Source: Spirochaetia bacterium
Lineage (GTDB): Bacteria > Spirochaetota > Spirochaetia > DSM-16054 > Sediminispirochaetaceae
DNA length: 64,000 nucleotides
NCBI GenBank assembly: GCA_034520965.1
Contig: JAXHMY010000003.1
Location: 352,001-416,000, forward strand
Reading direction: 5' to 3'
In this document: piece by piece, positions 43,606 through 53,164 of the stretch
Layout: every line of letters starts with the position of its first letter
Position numbering within the stretch: the first letter of the stretch is position 1
The notes under the pieces: generated by a model
What the model was told of the DNA's origin: nothing
The model's database searches: none
What the model saw: the letters and a program-made list of their open reading frames with translations, nothing else
Made by a program: the position numbers and the translations under genes

Positions 43606-43738
43606 ACTTTCCCCCCCCCCCGTTTTTTTTTTTGCATTTATTATTCGTAAGAACAATAATAATTGGGCCTGGATCCACTGATCGATCAGTGTTTGTAGTG
43701 CGACCAAGAAAAACAGCTCGATTATTCCATACTTTTAA

Positions 43739-43904
43739 AAGGCACTACAGGTTTTTGCGGAGCAAAATACCTTGCGCATACCCCATATAAGGCACTACAG
43801 GTTTTTGCGAAGCAAAATACCAGCTCTACCCCATATAAGGCACTACAGGTTTTTGCGAAGCAAAATACCAGCTCTACCCCATATAAAGAACTACAGGTTT
43901 TTGC
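43739..43904. repeat. Tandem repeat, 48-50 bp unit, 3 full copies plus a partial one
   Basis: AAGGCACTACAGGTTTTTGCGAAGCAAAATACCAGCTCTACCCCATAT; internal hairpin TTTTGC-GAA-GCAAAA. Confidence 0.92.
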
Positions 43905-43991
43905 CAATTCTTTATCCCAATTTCTCCGATATTTCCGGGTTCCGGCTTGTGCTTCTCAATTATTTTTCCTATTGTTAATAAATGGTGACAT

Positions 43992-44834
43992 GTGAGTACT
44001 TCAATAGTTAAGAAAATACGATGGATAACTGCTTTACTGGGACCCCTCATCTTGCTGCTCGTCTCCTGCATGTTGACCCCGGTGAGCGAAGTCCCTGGAA
44101 CCGGAACACGAAAAATCTCCGTGATGACCTGGAACGTACGGTTCGACACTCCTGACACCCCTGCGGAGACACTCGAGGCGAAGCTCACACACATTCGGGA
44201 GGCGGGTGCCGATATCGTGCTGCTGCAGGAGGTCTTGACGATCGAAGACAAGGTGGTGAGGGAACCGGCGCGTTTCCGCCGTCTGCTGCAGAAAGAGGCG
44301 GAAGAGTACGGTATGATCACGGCAGAAGGAGCCTCGAAAACCGGCGGCTCGAACATGATACTCTACAACCGGGAGCGTTTCGTACCTATAGATCAGGGCA
44401 TCCGGTGGCTTTCTTCGACCCCCGAGATTCCCGATTCGACCTCCTATGGCAACACAATTGCCCGAAACTTCGTCTGGGCGGTGCTCTACGACAACAATCG
44501 TAATAGGCTTTTCACGACGGTTACCACCCATTTGTCACCCGAATCCGCGGAGACAAACGAACGCTGCGCCAAACAGCTCATCGGATTTGTATCTGATATC
44601 GCCGGTATCAAGATCATCGGTGGAGATTTCAACAGTCAAAGGGGAAGCACCCCATATCAGACAATGATAAATGTCTATCGTGATGCGGTTGATGCAGGAG
44701 CGACACTGGCTACGATGCCCGTACAGATCGACTACATTTTCACATCTTCCGGAGTGACGGTCAGCGATGGTATGGCGATCCATGCGGAAGGGTTGAGTGA
44801 TCACCGTCCCGTGTTTTGCGCGGTTGACTGGTGA
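43992..44834 (+). CDS. Endonuclease/exonuclease/phosphatase family lipoprotein
   Basis: Lipobox LVSC, VMTWNV, LQE, THL, GDFN, IDYIF, SDHRPV. Confidence 0.9.
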   Translation: MSTSIVKKIRWITALLGPLILLLVSCMLTPVSEVPGTGTRKISVMTWNVRFDTPDTPAETLEAKLTHIREAGADIVLLQEVLTIEDKVVREPARFRRLLQKEAEEYGMITAEGASKTGGSNMILYNRERFVPIDQGIRWLSSTPEIPDSTSYGNTIARNFVWAVLYDNNRNRLFTTVTTHLSPESAETNERCAKQLIGFVSDIAGIKIIGGDFNSQRGSTPYQTMINVYRDAVDAGATLATMPVQIDYIFTSSGVTVSDGMAIHAEGLSDHRPVFCAVDW

Positions 44835-45104
44835 TGATGCGCTGTAGGAGAAGCGTTATTTGGTACGTCGTACTGAAAATATATTACCAACGATATATTC
44901 GGAGAGACAATTGAAGAATATCCTGAAAGCTAACATGGAAATATTTCCTCATTAACCTTGGGATAGATGTTCCCACAGATTTAATTAAAGCTATATCTTT
45001 TCAGTTATCGTCAATTGATATTAAGAAAACCTGCCTATTAGAATCTCTTTAACCCAGGTTGGATCGGCTCTCCGATTTAAGCATACCGCCGGAAGGAGAC
45101 AAGA

Positions 45105-45507
45105 ATGAGGCATTTTGGAGGCGTTATGTTGTGGATTTTAGGTGTTGTAGCTGGATTAGGACTGGTGAATTTTTCTCCCATGATAAGTCTACACACTCCA
45201 GGGATGAATATGTACGAGGCAGAAGGAATTATAGTCTATGCAGTAGAGGCCGACGTAGATGAGGTTCCTCGAATAGCTGGACGGATTGCCAATAACAGAG
45301 ACAGAGTTGTTTCTTCCTTAGGGGATGCAATTCGCCAAGGTAGGGGGTTACTCCCTTGCCTATAAGATGATGGAATATCTTGAGACGCAGTACGGACGGG
45401 AAAAAGTCTTGGGTTTTCTCACTCCAGGGACCACTTATGAGGATGTTACCGGAAATCTCAAACAGGAGTTTTTCACTCAATGGAAGGAATGGTTAGCAAC
45501 TCTGTAA
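45105..45507 (+). pseudogene. Fragmented exported protein (peptidase-like C-terminus)
   Basis: GGAG RBS, signal-like start, frame change to GGYSLAYKMMEYLETQYGREKV. Confidence 0.4.
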
Positions 45508-45763
45508 CGGGTGAGAGCCGCCGGAACTGAGTTTAAATGTTCTGGTCTTCGGAGTATATTTTGCTAATTGCCCCACGAATAGCAGAACAGCATTTTATGC
45601 ATAGCTCAATAGTCGCGATTTCTCGCCGGCCATTTGTTCCAGATAGAGCTGTCAGCTAATGCGCCAAGTGCTATTTACTCCAGTACTCCTATGAGAGTAA
45701 TCGATAAAAGCAGAGCTGCCCCTAAACCTATTTAATTGACAACTATCCGGCTCGAAGAGTGGC

Positions 45764-46102
45764 TCAAAAGGTAAGGACCCTACGATCTTCCTTGAGATAC
45801 TCACTGAGGGGTTCGCCCATCAGTTTTACATCTATACCTAAGTTCTTGAGATCTTCGACTACTCCATAGTTCTCGGCGCAGCGCAGACAGGCCTCAAGCC
45901 TCACCCCCTCATCGATCATCTCTTTCACGGTCCCCTGTAACTCCGTATCCTCAGAGAGAAGCTTCGAGGAAGGCCCCCACACGATAAAGGTCACGTCCTC
46001 GAACCAGCCCCTCTTCTTTGCATTGAGGGTGTACATGAAGACCATATTCTTAGCCACCCCCTTGTCCCCGCTGGTCCATACCACTACCAGTTTCTCATTC
46101 AT
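45764..46102 (-). CDS. DsrE-family protein
   Basis: VVVWTSGD, IVWGPS, EACLRCA; GGAGG RBS before ATG 46102. Confidence 0.85.
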   Translation of the reverse strand: MNEKLVVVWTSGDKGVAKNMVFMYTLNAKKRGWFEDVTFIVWGPSSKLLSEDTELQGTVKEMIDEGVRLEACLRCAENYGVVEDLKNLGIDVKLMGEPLSEYLKEDRRVLTF

Positions 46103-46199
46103 CGCGCTCTCCTCCCTTGTTATTGCAGTCTGCAATTCATTATACTTAAACCTTAGAGAAACAATAAGCATAAGTCAAAGGTATTGGGAGAAGAGTACA

Positions 46200-46850
46200 A
46201 TGGTAGTTGGAATACATTCAGGGCGGAGAGGCAAGATTTCAGAAGGCGCCCTCCGATATGTCTTAGAACACACAAGAGAGGAATATAAAATCTTTGCTCT
46301 TACAGATTTGCCCCTTGAAACCTGCGATGCCTGCCTGGGCTGTCTGACGACGCACCGTTGTGTGAAGGATGATGGAGTAAATGAGATAGTAGATGAGCTA
46401 TGTAAAGCCTCCGCTGTAGTATTCGCTGCCCCGGAGTATTGGGATGGAGTCCATGGGAAAGCCCGCGCATTCTGGGAGCGGGTCTGTTTTATGAGTCGGC
46501 ACAATAGTGCCTTTCCCCTGAAACAGCTGTATGGAATCATTATTGGAGTTGCCGGTCACGGTGATGCTACTGCTGCAATTCGCGACCTGTCGGCTTTCTT
46601 TGAAGATGCTCAAATTCGTATAGTCGATACGGTGCATGTACAAGGCTCCTACGCCTGTTTCAAATGCGGCTTCGCTCAGACATGCGATGTAGCCGGAGTG
46701 TGGGATATCTTTCCTCAAGGTACCGAGATTCTTCCGGCAACAGTGCCGGGCCTATCCAATCAGGATCCGCAGCTATGCGAGAAAGAGAGACGAAAGGACA
46801 TACATCTGCGCTTAAAAGAGGCTGCAAAAAGGTTGAGCTCAAATTTTTAA
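46200..46850 (+). CDS. Flavodoxin-fold iron-sulfur flavoprotein / FMN reductase family
   Basis: CDACLGC-x5-C cluster, AAPEYW, second CFKCG..C motif. Confidence 0.8.
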   Translation: MVVGIHSGRRGKISEGALRYVLEHTREEYKIFALTDLPLETCDACLGCLTTHRCVKDDGVNEIVDELCKASAVVFAAPEYWDGVHGKARAFWERVCFMSRHNSAFPLKQLYGIIIGVAGHGDATAAIRDLSAFFEDAQIRIVDTVHVQGSYACFKCGFAQTCDVAGVWDIFPQGTEILPATVPGLSNQDPQLCEKERRKDIHLRLKEAAKRLSSNF

Positions 46851-46969
46851 TAACCGCGGGTTCAAATCGTTTCCGACACTCTCATCCCATCGCCTATTGA
46901 CCCTTATATATTCGGTTTGACACCGCCCCGCTAAATTAAGATACTCAATTAAGGAGAGTTGGATTGCAC

Positions 46970-47653
46970 ATGAAGATATTGGTTATCGATGATGAAACCG
47001 CCATCGTAACTACAGTTCAGGCCTATTTCGAGCGTGAGGGTTATGAGGTCAAAAGCGCCCTCGAAGGACTGCAGGCGCTTACGATCGCAAGAACGTTTAA
47101 ACCTGATGTGGTAATATTAGATATAATGCTTCCCGGAATCGACGGACTGGAGGTATTGCGGGAACTCAGGCGAAACGCCGACCCTTATATCATCTTACTA
47201 ACTGCTAAAACGAGCGAAGACGACCGGATAATCGGACTCAAAATGGGAGCCGACGATTACGTTCTAAAACCCTTCAGTCCCCGCGAGTTGGTGGCCCGAG
47301 TGCAGGCAATCGTCCGACGACAGAGAAAACAGAGCGACAATGAACTTGAGGTGCTGCAGAGTGGTGAGTTTTCCATTGATCCTTCCGCCAGAAGAGCCTG
47401 GCGGGAAGGGCATGAACTCGAGCTTACCCGCATCGAGTTTGATTTACTACTGACTTTGATGGAAAACAGTGGCCGTGTGCTTAGCCGTAATCAGTTAATC
47501 GAACATGTGTGGGGAGATGAATATTTTATCGAAGAGCGCGTAGTTGATGTACATATCCGCCGGTTGCGCAATAAAATGAGATTCTCAGAGGATGACAAGG
47601 AGTATATTACCACGGTTCGCGGAAGCGGCTATCGTTTCGAGGCCGAGCAGTGA
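46970..47653 (+). CDS. OmpR-family response regulator
   Basis: ILVIDDE, LDIMLP, GADDYVLKPF, VDVHIRRLR, TVRGSGY. Confidence 0.95.
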   Translation: MKILVIDDETAIVTTVQAYFEREGYEVKSALEGLQALTIARTFKPDVVILDIMLPGIDGLEVLRELRRNADPYIILLTAKTSEDDRIIGLKMGADDYVLKPFSPRELVARVQAIVRRQRKQSDNELEVLQSGEFSIDPSARRAWREGHELELTRIEFDLLLTLMENSGRVLSRNQLIEHVWGDEYFIEERVVDVHIRRLRNKMRFSEDDKEYITTVRGSGYRFEAEQ

Positions 47654-48802
47654 AAATAAAGAAGCTGGTGACCAGCCGCCTGGGCCGTAAAATCTTTGTT
47701 TCTCATCTATTAGTCATAGGGGTCGGCGTAGTAGTCCTGTTGCTCACAGCCCGGCTCCAGGCACCCTACGCATTAAACCAGCATATCCGGCAGATGGAAC
47801 ACCTTATCGGTGAGAACGATTTGTTACGACAGAATTTAATGAACACTTTTCAGACTGCCCTAAACGAGGTGCTACTAATTGCTGCGTTCGGTGCCTTCCT
47901 GGCAGCTGTAATCGTAAGCAGTTTTATTGCGTGGCGAATAGTTTCTCCCATTCGTTCAATGATAAAAACGGTGGTAAAAATTGCAGATGGAGATTACCGA
48001 CAGCGAGCCCACTTCGTCTGGGACGACGAGTTAGGCGAATTGGCCAGAAACTTCAACCGAATGGCAGAGGCACTGCATTCCACCGAAACCCGCCGCGTCG
48101 AGCTTATCGGTAACGTTGCCCACGAACTAAGGACTCCCCTGGCATCAATGCGCAGTCTGATAGAAGGGGTTATTGACGGAGTCTTGCCGGCGGATTTTTC
48201 TACCTACTCGGCAGTACAAAGCGAACTTTCACGCCTGCAGCGCCTTGTTGGCGATCTGGAAAACCTTTCACAGGCTGAGGCAGGGCAGATCAAACTGAAT
48301 ATCCAGGAATTCGATCTGAAGGAACTGTTGGACCACGTAGTGCTGAAGTTGAAGCCCCAGTTCTTAGAAAAACAGATCGAACTGGAAATTGAAATGTCCG
48401 AGACAAAAATACTAGTACAGGCCGACTGGGAACGCCTGCAGCAAGTGCTTATTAACCTCCTCGGTAATGCACTGCAGTATACACCGTCCGGGGGCACGGT
48501 TCGTGTTAACACGGAAGCCCTCAATGATAAGGTCGTCTGCAGTGTCGAAGACAGCGGGATCGGCCTTACTGAGAGCAATATAGCTCAAATTTTTCGAAAG
48601 ATTTTACCGGGTCGATAAATCCAGGTCCCGCGCCGGCGGCGGAAGCGGTATCGGCCTGACAATAGCTCATCATATTGTAGAAGCTCACGGCGGCAGTCTG
48701 CAAGCCGACAGTCCCGGACCGAACCGGGGCAGCCGGTTTTATTTCACTCTTCCACTAAATGAGCTAATCTTGTCATATTCCCGTAATATTTCCTTCACCT
48801 AG
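47650..48802 (+). CDS. HAMP sensor histidine kinase, BaeS-like (frameshift near 48592)
   Basis: [19 protein letters not shown]; shifted frame gives [22 protein letters not shown]. Confidence 0.9.
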
Positions 48803-48857
48803 CTTCATATTCCTCTTGTATATTCACACTACACACTATTTAAGAGGAGAAGAAAAA

Positions 48858-49382
48858 ATGAAGCGTGTAATAATTTTATCTGTAGTTCTGTTATCAGTTG
48901 CTTTTATCGCCTGGACGCTTACCGATACAAATTCCGACGAACATTCGGCAGATCCGGAACAGGTAATCAATGAGATTCGGAGCGAGATGGGGCTGAGTGC
49001 AGAAGAGACTATTGACCCCGATGCGGTTTCTGAGCCGTTTCTTGAAGAACTCGGCGATGCGGTCATGTCGGAGGTTCACCCCAATGAGCGAGTTCATTCA
49101 TGGATGGACAGAATGATGGGCGGTGAAGGTTCGGAGTCCCTGGCATCGGCACACCGCTGGATGGGATACCGGTATCTCACGGATAGCTCGGAATACGGCT
49201 ATGGCCGAGGGCGCATGGGTATGATGGGATCCGGCATGATGGGCCGAGGCTGGAGTCGAAATGGTTCTGAGTTCCAGTCTATCCCCTATAATTCACCGGA
49301 AGAAGTACTGAAGCAGCGTTATGCCCGCGGTGAAATAAACCGGGAAGAGTATCTGCAAGCTCTGGAAGATTTGGAGCGCTAA
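48858..49382 (+). CDS. Exported Met/Gly-rich protein with C-terminal SHOCT domain
   Basis: HSWMDRMMGGEGSESL..H, GMMGSGMMG, LKQRYARGEINREEY. Confidence 0.8.
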   Translation: MKRVIILSVVLLSVAFIAWTLTDTNSDEHSADPEQVINEIRSEMGLSAEETIDPDAVSEPFLEELGDAVMSEVHPNERVHSWMDRMMGGEGSESLASAHRWMGYRYLTDSSEYGYGRGRMGMMGSGMMGRGWSRNGSEFQSIPYNSPEEVLKQRYARGEINREEYLQALEDLER

Positions 49383-49401
49383 AACGCGAAGGCAGTTGAA
49401 T

Positions 49402-49506
49402 ATGCAGTGGTTTATCAGGTGCCCGGAGATGTATGTGGGATGGTTTGTCATCATCCTAATAGGAATTGCCGCAGTTATGCTGCTGTTCCCCAAGAAAAAT
49501 TCATAA
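49402..49506 (+). CDS. Possible 34-aa membrane peptide
   Basis: MQWFIRCPEMYVGWFVIILIGIAAVMLLFPKKNS fills the gap in a co-directional operon. Confidence 0.4.
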   Translation: MQWFIRCPEMYVGWFVIILIGIAAVMLLFPKKNS

Positions 49507-49527
49507 ACATTTATTAGGAGGAATACT

Positions 49528-49926
49528 ATGAAATTTTACATAAGTACAAAGTTAAACGGAGATTTTGATGCAACAGTTGAACGCGTAAAATCCGAGCTGG
49601 CAGAGGAAGACTTCGGAGTGCTGTCTGATATCGATGTCGAAGCAACATTACAAAAAAAACTCGGCGTTGATTTTCGCAAGTACCGAATATTGGGCGCATG
49701 CAATCCGCCCTTTTCATATAAGGCTCTGCAGGCGGAGGATAAAATCGGAACTCTGCTTCCGTGTAATGTGATTGTACAGGAAACGGAACCCGGCTCAATC
49801 GAAGTTGCTGCAGTTGATCCGCAGGCTTCAATGCAGGGAGTTTCCAATGCGGAAATTGAAACGATCGCCGGAGAGATCAAAGACAGATTGCAGAAAGTAA
49901 TCGATCGCTTGACAACTAATAAATGA
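49528..49926 (+). CDS. DUF302 protein
   Basis: FGVLSDID, YRILGACNP, IGTLLPCNV. Confidence 0.9.
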   Translation: MKFYISTKLNGDFDATVERVKSELAEEDFGVLSDIDVEATLQKKLGVDFRKYRILGACNPPFSYKALQAEDKIGTLLPCNVIVQETEPGSIEVAAVDPQASMQGVSNAEIETIAGEIKDRLQKVIDRLTTNK

Positions 49927-49943
49927 ATCAAAAGGAGTAGGAA

Positions 49944-50135
49944 ATGGGAATTATATTATTAATAGGAATTATAGCGCTCGCGTATGTAGCGTTTAACAAT
50001 TTTGCGAGCAAAACTTCGGACTGGGCTCCCTCACACGGGGAGTCCTCTTCACTCGAGATCGCTAAAGCCCGCTATGCAAAGGGTGAGATCAGCCGGGATG
50101 AATTCGAACATTTGAAAACAGAGCTCGGTTATTAG
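49944..50135 (+). CDS. Small membrane SHOCT-domain protein
   Basis: TM helix plus LEIAKARYAKGEISRDEF. Confidence 0.8.
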   Translation: MGIILLIGIIALAYVAFNNFASKTSDWAPSHGESSSLEIAKARYAKGEISRDEFEHLKTELGY

Positions 50136-50166
50136 TATACTTATATTACTACCGTAAGGAGGAGTT

Positions 50167-52164
50167 ATGAGTACTGAACATTCTCACCATGACCATACCC
50201 AGCACCATCGGATGATGATCCGTGATTTCAGGAAACGCTTTTATATCACCCTCGTTTTGAGTGTGCCGGTGCTGGCGCTCTCGGAACTCATTCAACAGTT
50301 CGTGGGGTACAGTCTCGAATTCTCCGGCGACAGTATTTTTGTATTTGTGCTTGCAACAGTTATTTTTGTGTACGGTGGTTGGCCATTTCTAAAGGGGCTG
50401 GTGGATGAACTCAAGTCAAAAGTTCCGGGGATGATGACCCTGATCGGTCTGGCAATTAGCGTTGCATATGTATACAGCGCTGCGGTTACCTTCGGCCTGC
50501 AGGGAACCCCCTTCTACTGGGAGCTGGCCACCCTGATAGCTATTATGCTGGCCGGGCACTGGATCGAAATGGCCTCGGTGGTCAGCGCCTCTTCGGCGCT
50601 GGAAAAACTCGCCCAGCTGATGCCCAGCGAGGCCCATCGTAGGAAGGATGGAGCAACCGAGGATGTTCCCTTGTCGGAAGTGCAAAAGGGGGATGTCCTG
50701 CTTATTAAACCGGGCGAAAAGATACCCTCCGACGGTAAAGTTGTGAAAGGCAGCAGTTACATCGACGAATCGATGCTCACCGGCGAATCAAAACCGGTCA
50801 GCAAGGGCGAGGGCGATGAGTTGATCGGAGGTTCGATCAACGGCGACGGCTCCCTCGAACTGCAAGTAGAAGGGGCCGGTGAGGATTCTTATCTGTCCAA
50901 GGTAATCGACATGGTCCGCGAAGCCCAGTCCGCTAAATCCAAAACCCAGGCGCTTTCCGACCGGGCGGCCATGTGGCTCACCATAGTTGCGCTTACCGTC
51001 GGGGCGGCAACATTGGCCGGGTGGCTGATTGCCGGTCAGGGGCTGCAGTTCTCGATTGCCAGAATGGCCACGGTAATGATAATCACCTGTCCCCACGCCC
51101 TCGGATTGGCGATTCCGCTGGTAGTTGCCCAGTCAACAGCCAAATCGGCCCAGAACGGACTCTTGATCCGCAACCGCACAGCCTTCGAGAATGCCAGAAA
51201 GATTTCCACCGTGGTCTTCGACAAAACCGGTACATTGACCAAGGGAGTTTTCGAAGTCGGCAGCGTGGATGTCCATAACGACAGCTATGAAAAAAACGAT
51301 ATTCTAAGGCTGGCCGCGGCGCTGGAAGGGCAATCCGAACACCCGATCGGCAAGGGAATTGTCGCCGCCGCCAAAGATGCAGGTGTATCAATTGGATCCG
51401 CCGACGATTTCGAAGCAATCAAAGGCAAAGGCGTACAGGGAACCGTGGATAAGAAACCGGTTGCGGTTGTAAGCCCGGGATACCTTGAAGAGCAGAATAT
51501 TGCAGCGCCTGCGGAGGCCGAACGTCGGGGCGGCGTGACCCGGGTCTTTGTTTTGGTCGATAATCAGATAGCCGGCTCGATTGCCCTCTCCGACACTATC
51601 CGCCCGGAATCGCACCAGGCAATCAAAGCCCTGCAGAAACGGGGAATCAAATGCTGGATGCTGACCGGCGATAACAGTGAAACCGCGGAGGCTGTATCGA
51701 AGGAGCTTGGCATGGACGGGTATTTCGCCGAGGTGCTGCCCGATGAGAAGCAGGACAAAATCAAGGAACTCCAGGAACAGGGAGAGTATGTGGCCATGAC
51801 CGGCGACGGGGTGAACGACTCCCCCGCCCTGGCCCAGGCCCAGATAGGAGTAGCGGTAGGCTCGGGCACCGATATTGCCGCCGCCTCAGCCGATATAGTG
51901 CTGGTAAACTCCAACCCTCTCGATATAACCGCACTAATCCTGTTCGGACGCGCAACCTATCGCAAAATGGTCCAGAACCTGATATGGGCCACCGGTTACA
52001 ATGTAGTCGCCATACCTCTGGCCGCCGGCGTTCTGTACAGCGCGGGAATCGTTCTGTCCCCCGAAGTGGGAGCAATTCTCATGTCACTGTCTACGGTTAT
52101 AGTGGCCATCAACGCGCAACTGCTGAGAGTAAAGAAGGAAGAGCTTGAAGAAGCGGTATCATGA
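50167..52164 (+). CDS. copB: Copper-translocating P1B-type ATPase (CPH subtype)
   Basis: His-rich N-terminus, TGES, CPH, DKTGT, SEHP, GDGVND, YN and MSLS motifs. Confidence 0.9.
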   Translation: MSTEHSHHDHTQHHRMMIRDFRKRFYITLVLSVPVLALSELIQQFVGYSLEFSGDSIFVFVLATVIFVYGGWPFLKGLVDELKSKVPGMMTLIGLAISVAYVYSAAVTFGLQGTPFYWELATLIAIMLAGHWIEMASVVSASSALEKLAQLMPSEAHRRKDGATEDVPLSEVQKGDVLLIKPGEKIPSDGKVVKGSSYIDESMLTGESKPVSKGEGDELIGGSINGDGSLELQVEGAGEDSYLSKVIDMVREAQSAKSKTQALSDRAAMWLTIVALTVGAATLAGWLIAGQGLQFSIARMATVMIITCPHALGLAIPLVVAQSTAKSAQNGLLIRNRTAFENARKISTVVFDKTGTLTKGVFEVGSVDVHNDSYEKNDILRLAAALEGQSEHPIGKGIVAAAKDAGVSIGSADDFEAIKGKGVQGTVDKKPVAVVSPGYLEEQNIAAPAEAERRGGVTRVFVLVDNQIAGSIALSDTIRPESHQAIKALQKRGIKCWMLTGDNSETAEAVSKELGMDGYFAEVLPDEKQDKIKELQEQGEYVAMTGDGVNDSPALAQAQIGVAVGSGTDIAAASADIVLVNSNPLDITALILFGRATYRKMVQNLIWATGYNVVAIPLAAGVLYSAGIVLSPEVGAILMSLSTVIVAINAQLLRVKKEELEEAVS

Positions 52165-52243
52165 GTGCGCGCATTTTTTCATTTTTGTTTGACTACTCGG
52201 ATTAAGTGGTCTACCATTCGCTCAAGACTAATAATCGAAATTA

Positions 52244-53164
52244 TTGAGGACTCCAATGAACCTATTTAAAAGTTATGCCAAACCCGGAACCCTTGACGAA
52301 GCGGTAAAAATCCTCTCCGAGGGACCGGAAAACACGGTGGTGATGGCGGGAGGGACGGATTTACTGCTGGACATCCGCCAGGGACGACACCCAGAAGTAG
52401 ATTTACTGGTAGATATCTCTGAGGTGAAAGAGATGGGCGCTATTACCCTCGAAGAGGACTGGGTTTTCCTAGGCGCAGGAGCGACTCACCAACAGATCAT
52501 CAGCAACCCGATTATCCGGGAAAACGGTCAGTGTGTCGTCGAGGGTTGTGGTTTGGTCGGCGGACCCCAGGTAAGAAATATAGCTACTATTGGAGGGAAT
52601 GTGGCCCATTCACTTCCAGCCGCAGATGGAACCGTAGCCCTACTGTCGATGGACACCGAGGTACAGTTAGCTTCCCGGGAGGGAACCCGCCGGCTGCCCT
52701 TGATTGAGATCTTCGCCGGTCCGGGCGAAGTTACTTTTGACCGTGGCCGGGAATTAGTTGTTGGTTTTCGCTTCCAGAAGAAAAGAGAGGGTGAAGCATC
52801 GGCTTTTCACCGGGTGATGCGGCCTCAGGGGGTGGCCATTGCTATCCTCAACATGTCCGCTTGGGTCAAGGTGGTCGGGGAAAAGATAATAGACCTCCGG
52901 ATTGCCTGCGGACCGGCAGGCCCAAAGCCCTTCAGGGGCCATGAAACCGAAGAATTTATCAAGGGAAAGACGATATACGAAGGCTTCTTTACAGAAGCCA
53001 GTCGTATTCTTGGGGAAGAAGTAAGTTTACGCACCAGTGCCCACCGGGCTACCCGAGAGTATCGCCGGCAGCTGCTGCCTGTCCTGCTTCAGCAGGTGCT
53101 CGAAAGGGCCGTTTCGCGCAGCATCAAGAAACCCTATCACCTTAAGGATGGAAGCCATGAATAA
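52244..53164 (+). CDS. Xanthine/CO dehydrogenase family FAD-binding subunit
   Basis: AGGTDL, QVRNIATIGGN, PAAD, EYRR. Confidence 0.92.
   Translation: MRTPMNLFKSYAKPGTLDEAVKILSEGPENTVVMAGGTDLLLDIRQGRHPEVDLLVDISEVKEMGAITLEEDWVFLGAGATHQQIISNPIIRENGQCVVEGCGLVGGPQVRNIATIGGNVAHSLPAADGTVALLSMDTEVQLASREGTRRLPLIEIFAGPGEVTFDRGRELVVGFRFQKKREGEASAFHRVMRPQGVAIAILNMSAWVKVVGEKIIDLRIACGPAGPKPFRGHETEEFIKGKTIYEGFFTEASRILGEEVSLRTSAHRATREYRRQLLPVLLQQVLERAVSRSIKKPYHLKDGSHE

Noticed and set aside
41649..43681. Long plus-strand ORFs opposite the MCP genes (also 21925-24736, 61732-62576)
   Set aside because: Antisense shadows repeated only because the MCP paralogs are similar
43739..43904. CRISPR array
   Set aside because: Units 2 and 3 are identical end to end, there are no unique spacers and no cas genes in the window
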